Shown here: positions 1 to 12,200 of the stretch, piece after piece
Numbering within the stretch: the first letter of the stretch is position 1
Layout of the letters: each line of letters begins with the position of its first letter
Assembly (NCBI GenBank): GCA_035221665.1
Contig: CM069142.1
Coordinates: 124,001-188,000 of the forward strand
DNA: 64,000 nt
Direction: 5' to 3'
Source: Okamejei kenojei
Taxonomy: Eukaryota
Program-made: the position numbers and the translations under genes
Notes under the pieces: generated by a model
The model's input: only the letters and a program-made list of their open reading frames with translations
Told to the model about the DNA's origin: nothing
Database searches by the model: none

Positions 1-1270
1 AGTGGCTAAGGGGAGGGAGCCAGTGGATGTGTTGTATTGGACTTTCAGAAGGCTTTCGACAAGGTCCACACAAGAGATTTGTATACAAACTTAAAGCACA
101 CGGTTGGTGGTTCAGTATTGATGTGCGGATAGAGAATGGCTGGCAGGGAAGAAGCAAGAGTGTGGAGAGAACGGGTCCTTTTCAGGATGGCAGACAGTGA
201 CTAGTGGGGTGCGCAAGACTCAGTGCTGGGACCCCAGCTTTTTTACAATTATTACATTATGATTTGGATGAGGGAATTAAATGCAACATCTCGAAGTTTG
301 CGGATGACACGAAGCTGGGGGGGCAGTGTGTGCTGTGAGGAGGATGCTAGGAGGGCTGCAGGATGACTTGGATAGACTTGGGTGGAGTGGGCAAATGCAT
401 GGCAGATGCAGTATAATGTGGATAAATGTGAGGTTATCCACTTTGGTGGCAAAAAACAGGAAGGATTAGACTATTATTTGAATGGTGGACGATTAGGAAA
501 AGGGAGATGCAGCGAGACCTGGGTGTCTCATGGGTACACCAGTCATTGAGAAAGTAGGCATGCATGGTTGCAGCCAGGCTGTGAAGGAAAGCGAATGGTA
601 TGTTGGCATTCATAGCAAAAAGGATTTGAGTACAAGAGCAGGGAGTTTCTACTGTAGTTGTACAGGGTCTTGGTGGGCCACACTGGAGTATTGCGTTACA
701 GTTTTGGTCTCCTAATCTGAGGAAAGACATTCATTGCCATAGAGGGGGTACAGAGAAAGGTTCACCAGACTGATGTCCTGGGATGGCACACGGACTTCCA
801 TATGACGAAAGACTGGATAGACTTGGCTTGTACTAGCGCTGGAATTTAGAAGATTGAGGGGGTGATCTCATAGAGACTTACAAAATTCTTAAGGGGTTGG
901 ACAGGCTAAGATGCAGGAAGATTTTTGTTCCCGGTGTGTGGGGAAGTCCAGGACATGGGGGTCCAGTTTAAGGATAAGGGGGAAGTCTTTTAGGACCGAG
1001 ATGAGAACATTGTTTTCCACACAGAGAGTGGTGAATCTGTGAAGTGTCCACTGCCACACTACGGTAGTTAAGGCCAGTTTCGTTGGCCATATTTAAGAGG
1101 GAGTTGGACGTGGCCTTGTGGCTGTAGGGTCACGGGGGTATGGAGAGAAGGGCGGGTACACGGATTACTGAGTTGGATGATCAGCCATGATCATATTGAA
1201 TGGCGGTGCAGGCTCGAAGGGCCGAATGGCCTGCTCCTGCACCTAATTTCTATGTTTCTATGTTTCTATG
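1..1270 (+). mobile_element. CR1-type LINE, 3' part (degenerate RT ORF2 + 3'UTR with (TTTCTATG)n tail)
   Basis: Closely matches the cleaner copy at 40440-41650 (LDFQKAFDKVPH, FADDTKL motifs); many scattered indels. Confidence 0.9.
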
Positions 1271-1294
1271 TTTAACTAAGGATGTTTCAAAAAT

Positions 1295-1545
1295 ACTTAT
1301 AACAATTACAGCAGGGAGACAGGCCCTCTCGGCCCTTCCAGTCCGTGCCGACCATTTGTTTTCCCCTAGTCCATCTACCTGCACTCAGACCATACCCCTC
1401 CATTCCCTTCACGTCCATATACCTATCCACTTTACTTTTAAATGTTAAAATCGATCCTGCCTCCACCACCTCTGCTGGAAGCTCATTCCACACAGCCACC
1501 ACCCTCTGAGCAAAGAAGTTCCCCCTCAACTTCTGTCCCTTATTA
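1295..1545 (-). mobile_element. CR1 LINE (second subfamily) 3' end fragment
   Basis: ORF GNFFAQRVVAVWNELP...; matches 50636-50905 and 59540-59808. Confidence 0.85.
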
Positions 1546-2334
1546 AGGTTTTACTATGAAGGCATTACTCTGAAAGTATTGATGATTACGGTGCGTAATT
1601 TTTTGCTCAATGGTGGCCCGAACTGTTGTCAAAACTATTGTGTCACAACGTGTACACGTGAGATGGTCCGGGACGCTGCGTGCTGGACGCCATTCCGGTC
1701 AGCGTGCGTACCAATGCGGTCAGCGTGCGTCCGCGATAGTCACGCAGGTGGACAACGCGGGATACCGCTCACAAGCTCCTCTTTCCTTCACGCCTCTCCA
1801 TGCGCCGTCCCGCGATACCCACACGCTACCCGTGCGTCACAACGCATCGACCTATTTACTATGGTCACGTAATGAGGCACAAATGACGGCCAAGTGGGGA
1901 CATCCCTTTACAGTTCAATATACGCTGCGGACCGCGACCTGCAGGCTGGCAACCCATGGAATTAATTAGAACATTAATTGTTAGAAATACAGCATGCAAC
2001 AGGCATTAAGCCCATCGAAGATCGCACAACTTGGCATCAGTTGGTTATAGCTGCTCCCGCACAGCGCCAGAGACCCGAGTTGGATCCTGACCTCAGGAAC
2101 TGACCGTGTGGAGTGGTACATTCTCCCTATGACAGCATGGGTTTTATCTGGGTGCTCCTGTTCCTTCCACATTCCCAATGATATGTGGGTTTGTTTGGGA
2201 CTTTACCGTCTCCTCGGGCTATCTTTGATCGGTCTTACTGGTTCATCTTGTACTTAACATTATCCCTTCATCATGTAAATGTGCAATGTGAATGGCTCGA
2301 TTGTAATTCATGTGTCGTCTTTCGCTGACTGGTT

Positions 2335-3727
2335 ACATATAACCATATAACCAGTATAACAATTACAGCACGGAAACCGGCACTCTCGGCCCTTCCAGTC
2401 CGTTTGCCGACCAAGTGTTTTCCCCTAGTCCTCTTACCTGCACTCAGACCTACCCTCCATTCCCCTAAAGGTTATTTACCTATCCACTGTACTCTTAAAA
2501 TGTTAAAATCGATCCTGCCTCACTACTTCTTGCTGGGAAGCTCATTCACCACAGCCACCACCATCTGGGAGTAAAGAGTTCCCCTCCGTTACCCTAAACT
2601 TCTTTCCATTTAATTCTCATGTATGCCCTCATGTTTGAATCTTCCCTACCCCTCATTGGAAAAAAAACGTATCCACGTACAACTCTGTCTATAACTTTCA
2701 TCATTTGTCATGAGAATTAAGGGACAGAAGTTTAGGGGTTAAGTGCGGGGAAACTTTTTACTCAGAGGGGTGGTGGCTGTGTGGAATGAGCTTCCGCAGA
2801 GGTGGTGGAGGCAGGATCGATTTAAACATGTAAAAAGTAAAGTGGATAGGGTATATGGTGGTGAAGGGAATGGAGGGGTATGGTTGGTGCAGGTAGATGA
2901 CTAGGGGAAAACAAAATGGTCGGCACGGACTGGAGGGCCGAGAGGGCCTGTCTCCGTGCTGTAATTGTTATACTGGTTTATATGGTTTATTTTATAGACC
3001 ATCAATTCATGTCACCCCGTATCCTTCTGCGCTCCAAAGAATAAAGAACCTACCTTGTGCAAACATTTATCTGTAACGTAGTTGCTGGAACACCTGGTAC
3101 ATTCTTGTAAAATCTCCTTCTTGTACTCTCTCTATTGTTGTTGACATCCTTCCTATAACTAGGCGACCCCAAAATGTACACCATACTTCCGAATTGGTCT
3201 TACCAATGCCTTCTTGTACGAATTTTAACATTACTTCCATACTACTATATTCAATGCTCTGATTTATAAAGGCCAGACACACCAAAGTGCTTTCTTTACC
3301 CCATATCTACATGCGATTCCCCTTCGGGAACTTTGCAACTGTTATTCTAGATCCCTTGTTCCACAGCATTCCTCAAATTCCTACCATTTACATGTACGTC
3401 CTATTTTGATTTGTCCTGCCAAGATGAGCACTTCACACTTAACAGCATTTAAACTCATCTGCCATCTTTCAGCCCACTTTTCCAAATGGCCCAAAATTCT
3501 CTCTGTGGACTTTTGAAATTCTACTTCAGTATCCCAAACACACCTATCTTCGTTATATCTGATAATTATTATCCCAATTTTCCACCCCATTCTCCCAGAT
3601 AATGATGTACCTGACAAACAAACAGTGGACCCAACAAGATCCCTGAGGCACCCCTGGTCACCGGCCTTAAAATGACAAACAGCCATTCACCTACTCTCTG
3701 GACATCTCCCTTCAGCCACTGTTGAAT
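2335..3727 (-). mobile_element. CR1 LINE (second subfamily) fragment with an opposite-orientation 3' copy nested at ~2707-2990
   Basis: RT-tail peptides (KWAERWQM, AFINQSIEY) on the minus strand; (ATATGGTT)n tails on both strands. Confidence 0.8.
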
Positions 3728-4227
3728 NNNNNNNNNNNNNNNNNNNNNNNNNNNNNNNNNNNNNNNNNNNNNNNNNNNNNNNNNNNNNNNNNNNNNNNNN
3801 NNNNNNNNNNNNNNNNNNNNNNNNNNNNNNNNNNNNNNNNNNNNNNNNNNNNNNNNNNNNNNNNNNNNNNNNNNNNNNNNNNNNNNNNNNNNNNNNNNNN
3901 NNNNNNNNNNNNNNNNNNNNNNNNNNNNNNNNNNNNNNNNNNNNNNNNNNNNNNNNNNNNNNNNNNNNNNNNNNNNNNNNNNNNNNNNNNNNNNNNNNNN
4001 NNNNNNNNNNNNNNNNNNNNNNNNNNNNNNNNNNNNNNNNNNNNNNNNNNNNNNNNNNNNNNNNNNNNNNNNNNNNNNNNNNNNNNNNNNNNNNNNNNNN
4101 NNNNNNNNNNNNNNNNNNNNNNNNNNNNNNNNNNNNNNNNNNNNNNNNNNNNNNNNNNNNNNNNNNNNNNNNNNNNNNNNNNNNNNNNNNNNNNNNNNNN
4201 NNNNNNNNNNNNNNNNNNNNNNNNNNN
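3728..4227. other. Assembly gap (500 N)
   Basis: Run of N. Confidence 1.
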
Positions 4228-4811
4228 CATAGAGAGATAGTATTAATAATTACATTCTAGATGGTAAAAAAAACATGTTTACAAGACTAGTGGAATACTA
4301 GACATTTGAGATGTGGAAAAATCACTCCATTAACCATAGTTAATATAAAACCATATAACAATTACACGCACGGAAGACAGCCCTCTCGGGCCCTTCCAGT
4401 CCATGCCGAGCCAAAAGTGCGGCGTAGTATACAATCACCGGAATGGCAAGGATCGAGCAAAGATTCAAGGCCGAGTATGAGGATGTACAATAAATATTAA
4501 AGTTAACAAGGAACCAGTCATTGTGTCAGGAATTAGGACACGGAGTGTTGGTGTTTTCTCTTAATTGTATGCTTTGTATTATATTATCCAAATAAAAATA
4601 ACAATTGATATTTTGGTGATAAGATATTGCCTTTCATTAGAAAGGGCATTTACTTTTTCTTTGCTTTTATACTATGAAAAAACATTAACACATAAACTGA
4701 AGCAATTTTTTGGAAAAATGGTGTTATTTGCTCATTACTGTTTTGATTAGCCAGAGTGTCATATGGAATGATTCCTACGATATAAAAAACACAGACGAAC
4801 AAAATCTTTCA

Positions 4812-5130
4812 CAGTAGTCACTCACGTGACTCCGAATGTAAAATAGTTAAATATAAACGATTAACATACCAGTTTCGAAGTTTGTATCATTATTTTATGA
4901 GAGTAACATGAGGATTATGGCCCTCCACTCCCGCCCCTCATAAAAAAAATGAACATCGGTAGTTCTAAATCTATGTTGATCCCTTACTATCTTACTCCGT
5001 CTATTAAGTTCTTGATTTTTTCATGCCGTTTTGCTTTGAAGTATGCCGATCATAGCGGCCAGCGGGCTTCTTCACGTAATCCCTCATTCGTTACAACCCT
5101 CATAAAATAACGACACAAACTTTGAACTGA
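4812..5130 (+). mobile_element. DIRS retrotransposon 3' remnant (ICR + right terminal repeat)
   Basis: gtagtcactcacgtgactccgaa..aaatag and cacgtaatccctcat..cataaaataa are degenerate matches to the ICR and termini of the DIRS at 53910-59283, in the opposite orientation. Confidence 0.75.
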
Positions 5131-5254
5131 AGTGGAAGTGCCATTCCCCCTTGTGGGTCCTTTGGCAACTGGAGTGTAATCAATTCAATTCAATTCAACT
5201 TTAATGTCATTGCACAGATACGAAGTATGGGTACACGAAATGCATTTAGTGTCA

Positions 5255-5700
5255 GTACGTAGAGGTATCGAATTCTGTGCCTTCTTTCATCCCCAATAAA
5301 TCTAGATAATAATTTATCCCATTCCGTGAAATTGTTGTTGAATGGTACCTCATTGCAGAGATTGAAACTCAAGTACAATAGCCTCGAAAAAATATTCATT
5401 TCACCACATTTATCTTACTTACTAATATACCATTGATAGATGGACCATTCTTCCAATATCCTTTCTTAAGTCTTGGTGTTGTATGTGAATTATAATTGGC
5501 CGCCATACATACCATTGATTATATTTTTTTTGTATAATATGTACCCCTAGGTATTTGAATTTGATTTTGAATCCCAAATTAATAAAATAATTTTGTTTGA
5601 TTTCTTCCTTGGAGGAGGACAATTAAATAGGGGATTTGATTTTTGAAATATTCACTTTATATTCCTGCATAAATAATTAAATTTATTCTATGATTCCCCA
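5255..5700 (-). mobile_element. L1/Tx1-type LINE ORF2 remnant
   Basis: Peptides KFKYLGVHI and MNIFSRLLYL...DKLLSRFI resemble the post-RT region of L1 ORF2. Confidence 0.65.
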
Positions 5701-5738
5701 TCATTTCTTGGAAATTATGCTGAAAGTCTGGTGCTTAC

Positions 5739-5890
5739 TTAACATAGCGGTGCCCTGGAATCTTTCGCTGAGGTCGCCAGTGTTCGAGCTCCGCCCGGAT
5801 TTATTCGGCCTGTGGCGGAGGAAAGCGGCCCCAATTCGGAACTCCGCAGGCCGCTGCGAGTGTTCTTCCAGACTCTCCGAGAGTTCTACA
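5739..5890 (-). other. Candidate 5' exon of an unidentified leftward gene (possible ATG at 5745)
   Basis: GC-rich non-repetitive block ending accgctATGTTAA|GTAAGC; lies ~0.8 kb from the CCAAT cluster. Confidence 0.3.
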
Positions 5891-6655
5891 CTGCACAATT
5901 GACAATAAAGAATGAATCTGAATCTGAATCATATTCAGAACATGCTTTACTTTTTTTGCTTTGCCCATTTTTCAAAATATAGAATTTTGAATTTTGGCGC
6001 TTGGTTGGTACAAGGAGACAACAAAGCTCCGCAATATCTATTTTTTATGTTACACGCTGTAACTAACGACACTTCTAACTTTTGGATATGTATACAGGAA
6101 TTATGCTCATGGAATTTTCTCCCACACATACTAGTTATATCCGTAACAACATTTTTAAATTAGGTGACATATTTCTTTCCCACTCCTTAAAAAAATGCCT
6201 GAAGAATGGGAACCCACCCTAAACGTCGCCTAGCCATTCACTCCATTAGACAGACACAAAATGCTGAGTAACTCAGTGGGTCAGGCAGCCATCTCTGGAA
6301 GAATGAATAGGTAACATTTTTTAATTTTTTTTTTGGGGTTGAGCCTTCTTCGGACCCAGCCTAACATCTGATTCTCTAGCGATTTAGGTTTTGCTCTTAA
6401 AATAATCCGTGGTTCACTGAAGAAACAACACGATTAGACCACTCTGGAAGTGCAAGTTTTTGCCGAACACTTCCATACAGTGGAACACATCATAATACAC
6501 CCTGAGAGTGATTAAATGTGGTTAGATTATATTGTGTTTAATCTGTTGTTTCTAGAGATTAATTGAATACCCACCCTGTACCTTATATCAGATTTAAATC
6601 GGAATTACGATTGTTATTGTTTTTCTTATATTGTCAATTTCTGATGTCCCGATTA

Positions 6656-6870
6656 TTTCGCGGCAAATTAACCGCTGTCACTTAAGGGGGTTGTCATCCA
6701 ATCACCGACCGCTTCCCTTTAAAATTCCCGTCCAATTCAACAAATCGGGTCTCCTCCTGTCCAATCACCGGCTGTCTCCAAGGCATTTGTGTCCAATCAC
6801 AAAAAGCGCGCGTCTCACTCGGCGGTCCAATCAACGCAGATACTCCCGAGGGGCATTGAGCGACCAATCA
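6656..6870. promoter_or_regulatory. Promoter-like array: six same-orientation CCAAT (NF-Y) boxes plus an E2F-like TTTCGCGG
   Basis: CCAAT at 6698, 6732, 6761, 6793, 6827, 6864; TTTCGCGG at 6656-6663; locally CpG-rich. Confidence 0.6.
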
Positions 6871-8889
6871 GCGACCAGCTTCCCTTACTGATATACCTAT
6901 CTTTATTTGACTGAAGTTACTGGGATATCATTGTGTATGTAATCATCACACCCAGAGTCACAAAATTGCCCTGAAATTTTACTATGATTACAAAAAGAAT
7001 GTCTCACGGAGGCTTACAGCGTCTACCCCCCCCATATCTTCCCAATCTCAGCCTCAGGGGCCTTAGCATACCCCTAGTTCCTAAAACTTTAGTTCCATCA
7101 ACTTGATGTGGCATGCATCTTAAATTTTAGACTGCCTGTTTTATATTGTGGGTGGGGATTTCTGACGAATTTTAGGGCGTGTTTGAGCTAAGTCATTGTA
7201 CAGAAGCTTAAGGTTTTTATTTATGTTTCGGATCCAGCATGAGGAAGGTTTACCCTTTAGATCATGCGAAGTGTAATGGAGACATGAGGAATTTTCTAAT
7301 GTTTATTGCAATAAGCTGGAGTTCGATGAAGATTATAGTGTACGGTCGGAAGAGGTTTGGATGTACCTTATTGTGTTTTCATCAACAATAAAGAAATTTA
7401 TATTAATCCAAAGTACTGGAGTTTTAGAAGAATTTAAAACCATACCATATAACCTGAATAACCAAATAAACAATTACAGCACGGAAACAGCCCACTCGGC
7501 CCTTTCCAGTCCGTGCCGACCATTGTTTTCCCCTAGTCCCATCTACGTGCACTCCGACCATACCCGCCTCCATCCGTTCATGTCCATATACCATCCGCTT
7601 TAATACTTTTAAATGTTAAATTGATCCTTGCCTCCCACTTCTGCTGGAACTCATTCCACACAGCCACCACCCTCTGAGTAAAGTAATTCCCCCCTCACTT
7701 TACCCCGAAACTTTCTGTCCCATAATTCTCATGTCATGCCCTCTTGTTTGAATCTTTATCTTTGAAAATCTCTGTAGGCCCGGCGGAGAGCTCGCATGCG
7801 TACAAAGACAAGAGTAATCTCTGAACGATATAAATATCTGCCACTGTACAATGCATATTCAGGAAAAAGATTAAACATGTGGCAAATATTTTATTTGCTG
7901 CCTTTGTGGGGGGGAAGGGGGCAAGTTGCAGTTTGAATAATTATGCAATTTCCATTTCATTCTTTATCCACTTCTGTGTGCGGATGTGGGCCTGATCGAT
8001 AACCGCCTCGCTCGGGCTACCTTATCACTTGTGCTCTTGGATTTAATTTCAAAATGCTCACTGATCTTCTGAATGACGACGCAGGCCGTACTATCCCCAC
8101 GGCCGGGGGTTAATCACTTGGTGTGGGTGTCGTGGGGGTTGATTTCACCCCGTGTGTGGGTCGGGGTTGTGGGGGTCCGGGAGGGTTGAATCACCCTGGT
8201 GTGGTGGTCGAGGGTCCGGTGGCTCTGGGTGGGCAGAGGAACCAGATTGTCCCCAACTCTGCCCACCCTGGCCCCATGTGTGTGTTGATGTGTGTGTGTG
8301 TGCGCTGCCTGACCCACAGACCGTCACAGGGGGACATGAGGTGGAGGGCGGCAGTGGCCAGACAGCGCTGACCCGGGTGGGGGCAGAGTGTTGGCTGTCT
8401 CCGAGGTGATGCGCTCCCTTCGACCGTCTTACAACTTGGTGCTCGTGGGTTCAGAGCGCCCAGTTCACCCTCCAGCCCCGGCTGTCCATTGTGTGGGAAA
8501 ATGACCCCCCCCGCCCTCCCCCGCCATGATGTAGTTGAGTTTGGACGCGGGGGTTCTGACCAATCGCATGAGACAAGTTCATTTCCGTTCGGTTTTTGGC
8601 TTCCCCTTCTTCGCTTCGGTCTTCCTCATCCTTCAATGCCACATCCTCGACGATCCGTACAACTGTGGGTGACTCGATTGTAATCATGTAAATTGTCTTT
8701 CCTTATTGACTTGATAGCAACGCACAAAAGCTTTTCACTGTACCTCAGTACTAGAGTGACTAAAAAACCTAAACCAAACTAAACTAAACAGTTGAATTTT
8801 GTTAACAGTATTGGTGACCTGCCAAAGCTCCTTAAACGTGGCACTAGCATGCACGAATCTAAACTAAAGTCCAACTAAAAGTTACTTGG

Positions 8890-9200
8890 GCTGCACAGTG
8901 GCACATGCAGTAGAGCTGCTGCCTCACAGCGCCAGACACCACAGGTTCAATCCTGACTACAGGTGCTGTCCTGGTACGGAGTTTGTACAGCTTTCCCTGT
9001 GACCTGTTTAGCTTTTCCTCCGGCTGCTCCGGTTCGTCCCACATTCCAATGGAATGTACAGGTTTGTGGGTTAATTGGCTTGTGTCATTGTAAATTGGCC
9101 CTTGTGTGAGTGTAGAATAGCGTCAAGTGAGTGGGGATCGCTGCCGCATGGAACTTGGTGGCCGAAGGTTACTTGGTTTCAGCGCTGTATCTTCTAAATT
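8890..9200 (+). mobile_element. tRNA-derived HE1-like SINE. Representative copy; similar copies at ~2040+, 12630+, 17165-, 24750+, 25640-, 26145-, 31510+, 37030+, 37560+, 45890-, 47980+, 48280-, 48905-, 53395-, 60290+, 60590-
   Basis: tRNA-like head (gtggcgcagcggtagag...ggttcgatcc), conserved body, CR1-like tail (gggcctgtttccacgctgta). Confidence 0.8.
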
Positions 9201-12200
9201 AATCTAAATGAAAATTACATAGATGGGAAAGCTTTAGAAGGCCTAAATTGGGAAAATGGATTAACATAGATGGGACATTGGGACAAGGCATTGACAGTGG
9301 TAATGGCGCTTGGTTTCCGAGTATTGTGGTGACTCTGAATAGCATGTTGAATTGACAGATTCTTGTCGTTTGCAAGTGATGCATGGCCTTCCTAAGATAA
9401 ACCAGCATTATCCACATAAGCTGGAAAAATCTTCATTCCCCTCAGCAGTGTGAACATGCTGTCCGCCTAACCCCCATATTTCAGCTAGAGAGTATTCCCT
9501 GTGCCCACAACCGCGCCTTGGACAACCCCCACGAGATGGTGGAGAGCATGAACAGGTTTTGGACCGAGTCACAGATTCTAGACTATTTGCAGGGTTTGAA
9601 ACCGGAGTGTATGCTTCAGACATTTCAATCAGCAAGGGGGCGATTGGCAATCACTCTCAGGGTCCCTGCGAAGCCAGTGAACAATGAGGGATAGGACCCT
9701 TGTCAAGCTGTTTGCTTTGCTGCTGCATTGGTCCATTTATTAAGAAATACAACTCTGCAGTTACAGAGGTAAACAAAAATGCTGGAGAAACTTAGTGGGT
9801 GAGGCCAGCATCTATGGAGAGAATGAAATAGGCAACGTTTTGGGTCGCATACCCTTCTTCAAGACAGTTACAGAGGATGAGAACAGCATGGTTTGAAAGA
9901 TAAGACTTGGATTTCCTGTCTTCTTTTTGCTGTTTTGATTGAAGCAGAAGTCTGCAGCATGGTGTGATGCCATCCTGTTCAACATTCCAAGGTGCCTATC
10001 CCGCCCTGCCCTAAAAAGGGCGCGTTGCTCCGGGCCTGGCGCTGACTGCGGCGAGACTGAGCTGCTATCTCTCTGTTTTTGTGTGTCATTAGCCTGGCTG
10101 AGGTCAGTTGACAGGTACTCACCACGGGGAGGTCGAGAACAGATGAGCCCCTCTAATTCCTGTAACATGAATACTAGACTATCTAATCTTTAAATTTCAA
10201 TCTAAAATTTGGGTAAATTGGGTCAAAAGGCCTGTTTCCTGTCAGAATAGCTCTAAGACTAATGATTATGACCAATACGTCCTCTCCATGAATTGAAGCC
10301 CCTGTTGTGTAATGGGTTTTTTAACTTGTTTCAAGGATTTAAGAGAGTCCGCAAATGAGGGAGTGGCATGGTGGCAGCACCAGAGACCCGGTTCATCCAG
10401 ACCACAGGTGCTGTCTGTACGCAGTTTGTATGTTCCTGTGACCACAGGGTGGCGCCAGCATGGCTGCCTCACCAACAGTCCTGTCCGACCCTTCCTTCTT
10501 TTGTTGTTTGTTTGGTATGTGCTAAATGTATGTTTTTAGAGTTTTTAGCTTGTTTTATGTGGGGATCCAACCTCGGGGCAGCAACCGCAGGAGCCTGCGA
10601 CAGAGAGTGGTGAGTCCCTCTGAACTCTCTGCACATAGGGTAGTTGAGGCCAGTTCATTGGTCTATACTTAAGAGTGAGAATGGATGTGGCCCTTGTGGC
10701 TAAGGGATCAGAGGGTTGAGAAAGCATTGGTACGGGATACAGAGTTGGATGATCAGCCATGATTCATATTGAATGCCGTGTGCATGAGCTTCTAAGGGCT
10801 GACTTGGCCTACTCCTGCACCTATTTCTATGTTTCTATGTTTCTATGGTTAACATCATCGTGGATGCTAAGCGGTCCCTGGATAGGTCAACTTCGGGAGC
10901 TACCAGCCTCCCCCCTGCCCCCGCCACCCACCACGCAGGAGCTTGCGAGATCGCCCCAACTGCAATTGGTTCGCACTGGAGTTTCAACCGCCCCGGCGTG
11001 GGAGTTATTAAAGATCTCCCACTGCGGGGCTTCTCCGCGTTCTCCGGTTTTCTTCAAATATTCCCAAAGATGTACAAGTTTTGGTAGTTAATGCGTTGTT
11101 TCTGTAAATTTGTTCCCCTAGTGTTCCCTAGTGCTAAGTGCATGGTGTGATCGCTGGTCAGCATGGGAATCGTAGCCGAAGGCCTGGTTTCTACACTGTA
11201 TCTCTAAAGTAAAGTAAGGTCTAAAGTCACTCAACATTTCCATCTGCAAGTCCTTAAATATATATCCATGCCCTCAAAAAGCACACGATGGTTTTTATAC
11301 CTCCATCTCCCACTGATGTCCTTCTACCATGTGCAACTGAATAGAATGCAACAAGAATAATAACTCAACGAGTTGATTGAATGATTAATTGAAGGAGGCA
11401 GCATGAAACAGGCCCTTCAACCCACCAAGTTCCCACACCGACCATCGATCACCCCTTCAATACGATTCTATGTTATCCATCCCCCACTTTCTGCCATCCA
11501 CTCTTGCGCACTAGGATCAATATTTTTGCGTGAGCCAATTCACCAACATTTGGGATGTGGGGATGTGGGAGGAAACTGAAATGAGCATCCGGAGAAAACC
11601 CAGGCAGTCATAAAGAGAACCGTGCAAACGTCCACAGACATAGATCAACGCCAGATGAGACAGGATGGAACCTGGGTCGCTGGTGCTGTGAGGTGAGAAT
11701 GCTGCATCACCGTGCCATCCTTTGCAGTGAGTGGTAAGAGCAGCTGAAATGGGCAAAGCATATTGAGTCTGTGCCAAGTGTTTCACACCGAGCCACGGCC
11801 GGTATATGTGCGACACCAACGTTTTTTCTTTACCATGGTGTGCCATCACCTTGTAAAAATGGGGTTGTAATTCTCCCTTTTTTGGAGATCGGCGTCTTTG
11901 GTACCTGCAAGTATAGGGTGGTGCACAGTGGTGCAGCTTGCTGGAGCCACTGCCCTGTGGCACTAGAGACCCAGGTTCGATTCTCACCTCTCTATGTCTG
12001 TGTGGAGTTTGCACGGCTCCCCGTGCCCACATGGATATCCACCGGTGCTCCTTTTCTCACATCCCAAAGACACATGATTTTGTGGGTTATGGGGCCCCCC
12101 TGTAAAATTGCGCCCTAGTGTGTAGAGAGTGGATGAGAAAATGGGGGCACTAGTTGAACAGGAGATCGATGGTCAGCAGGACACGGTGGGGTGAGTTTGG

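Noticed and set aside
3712-4240. 172-aa ORFs
   Set aside because: Almost entirely N
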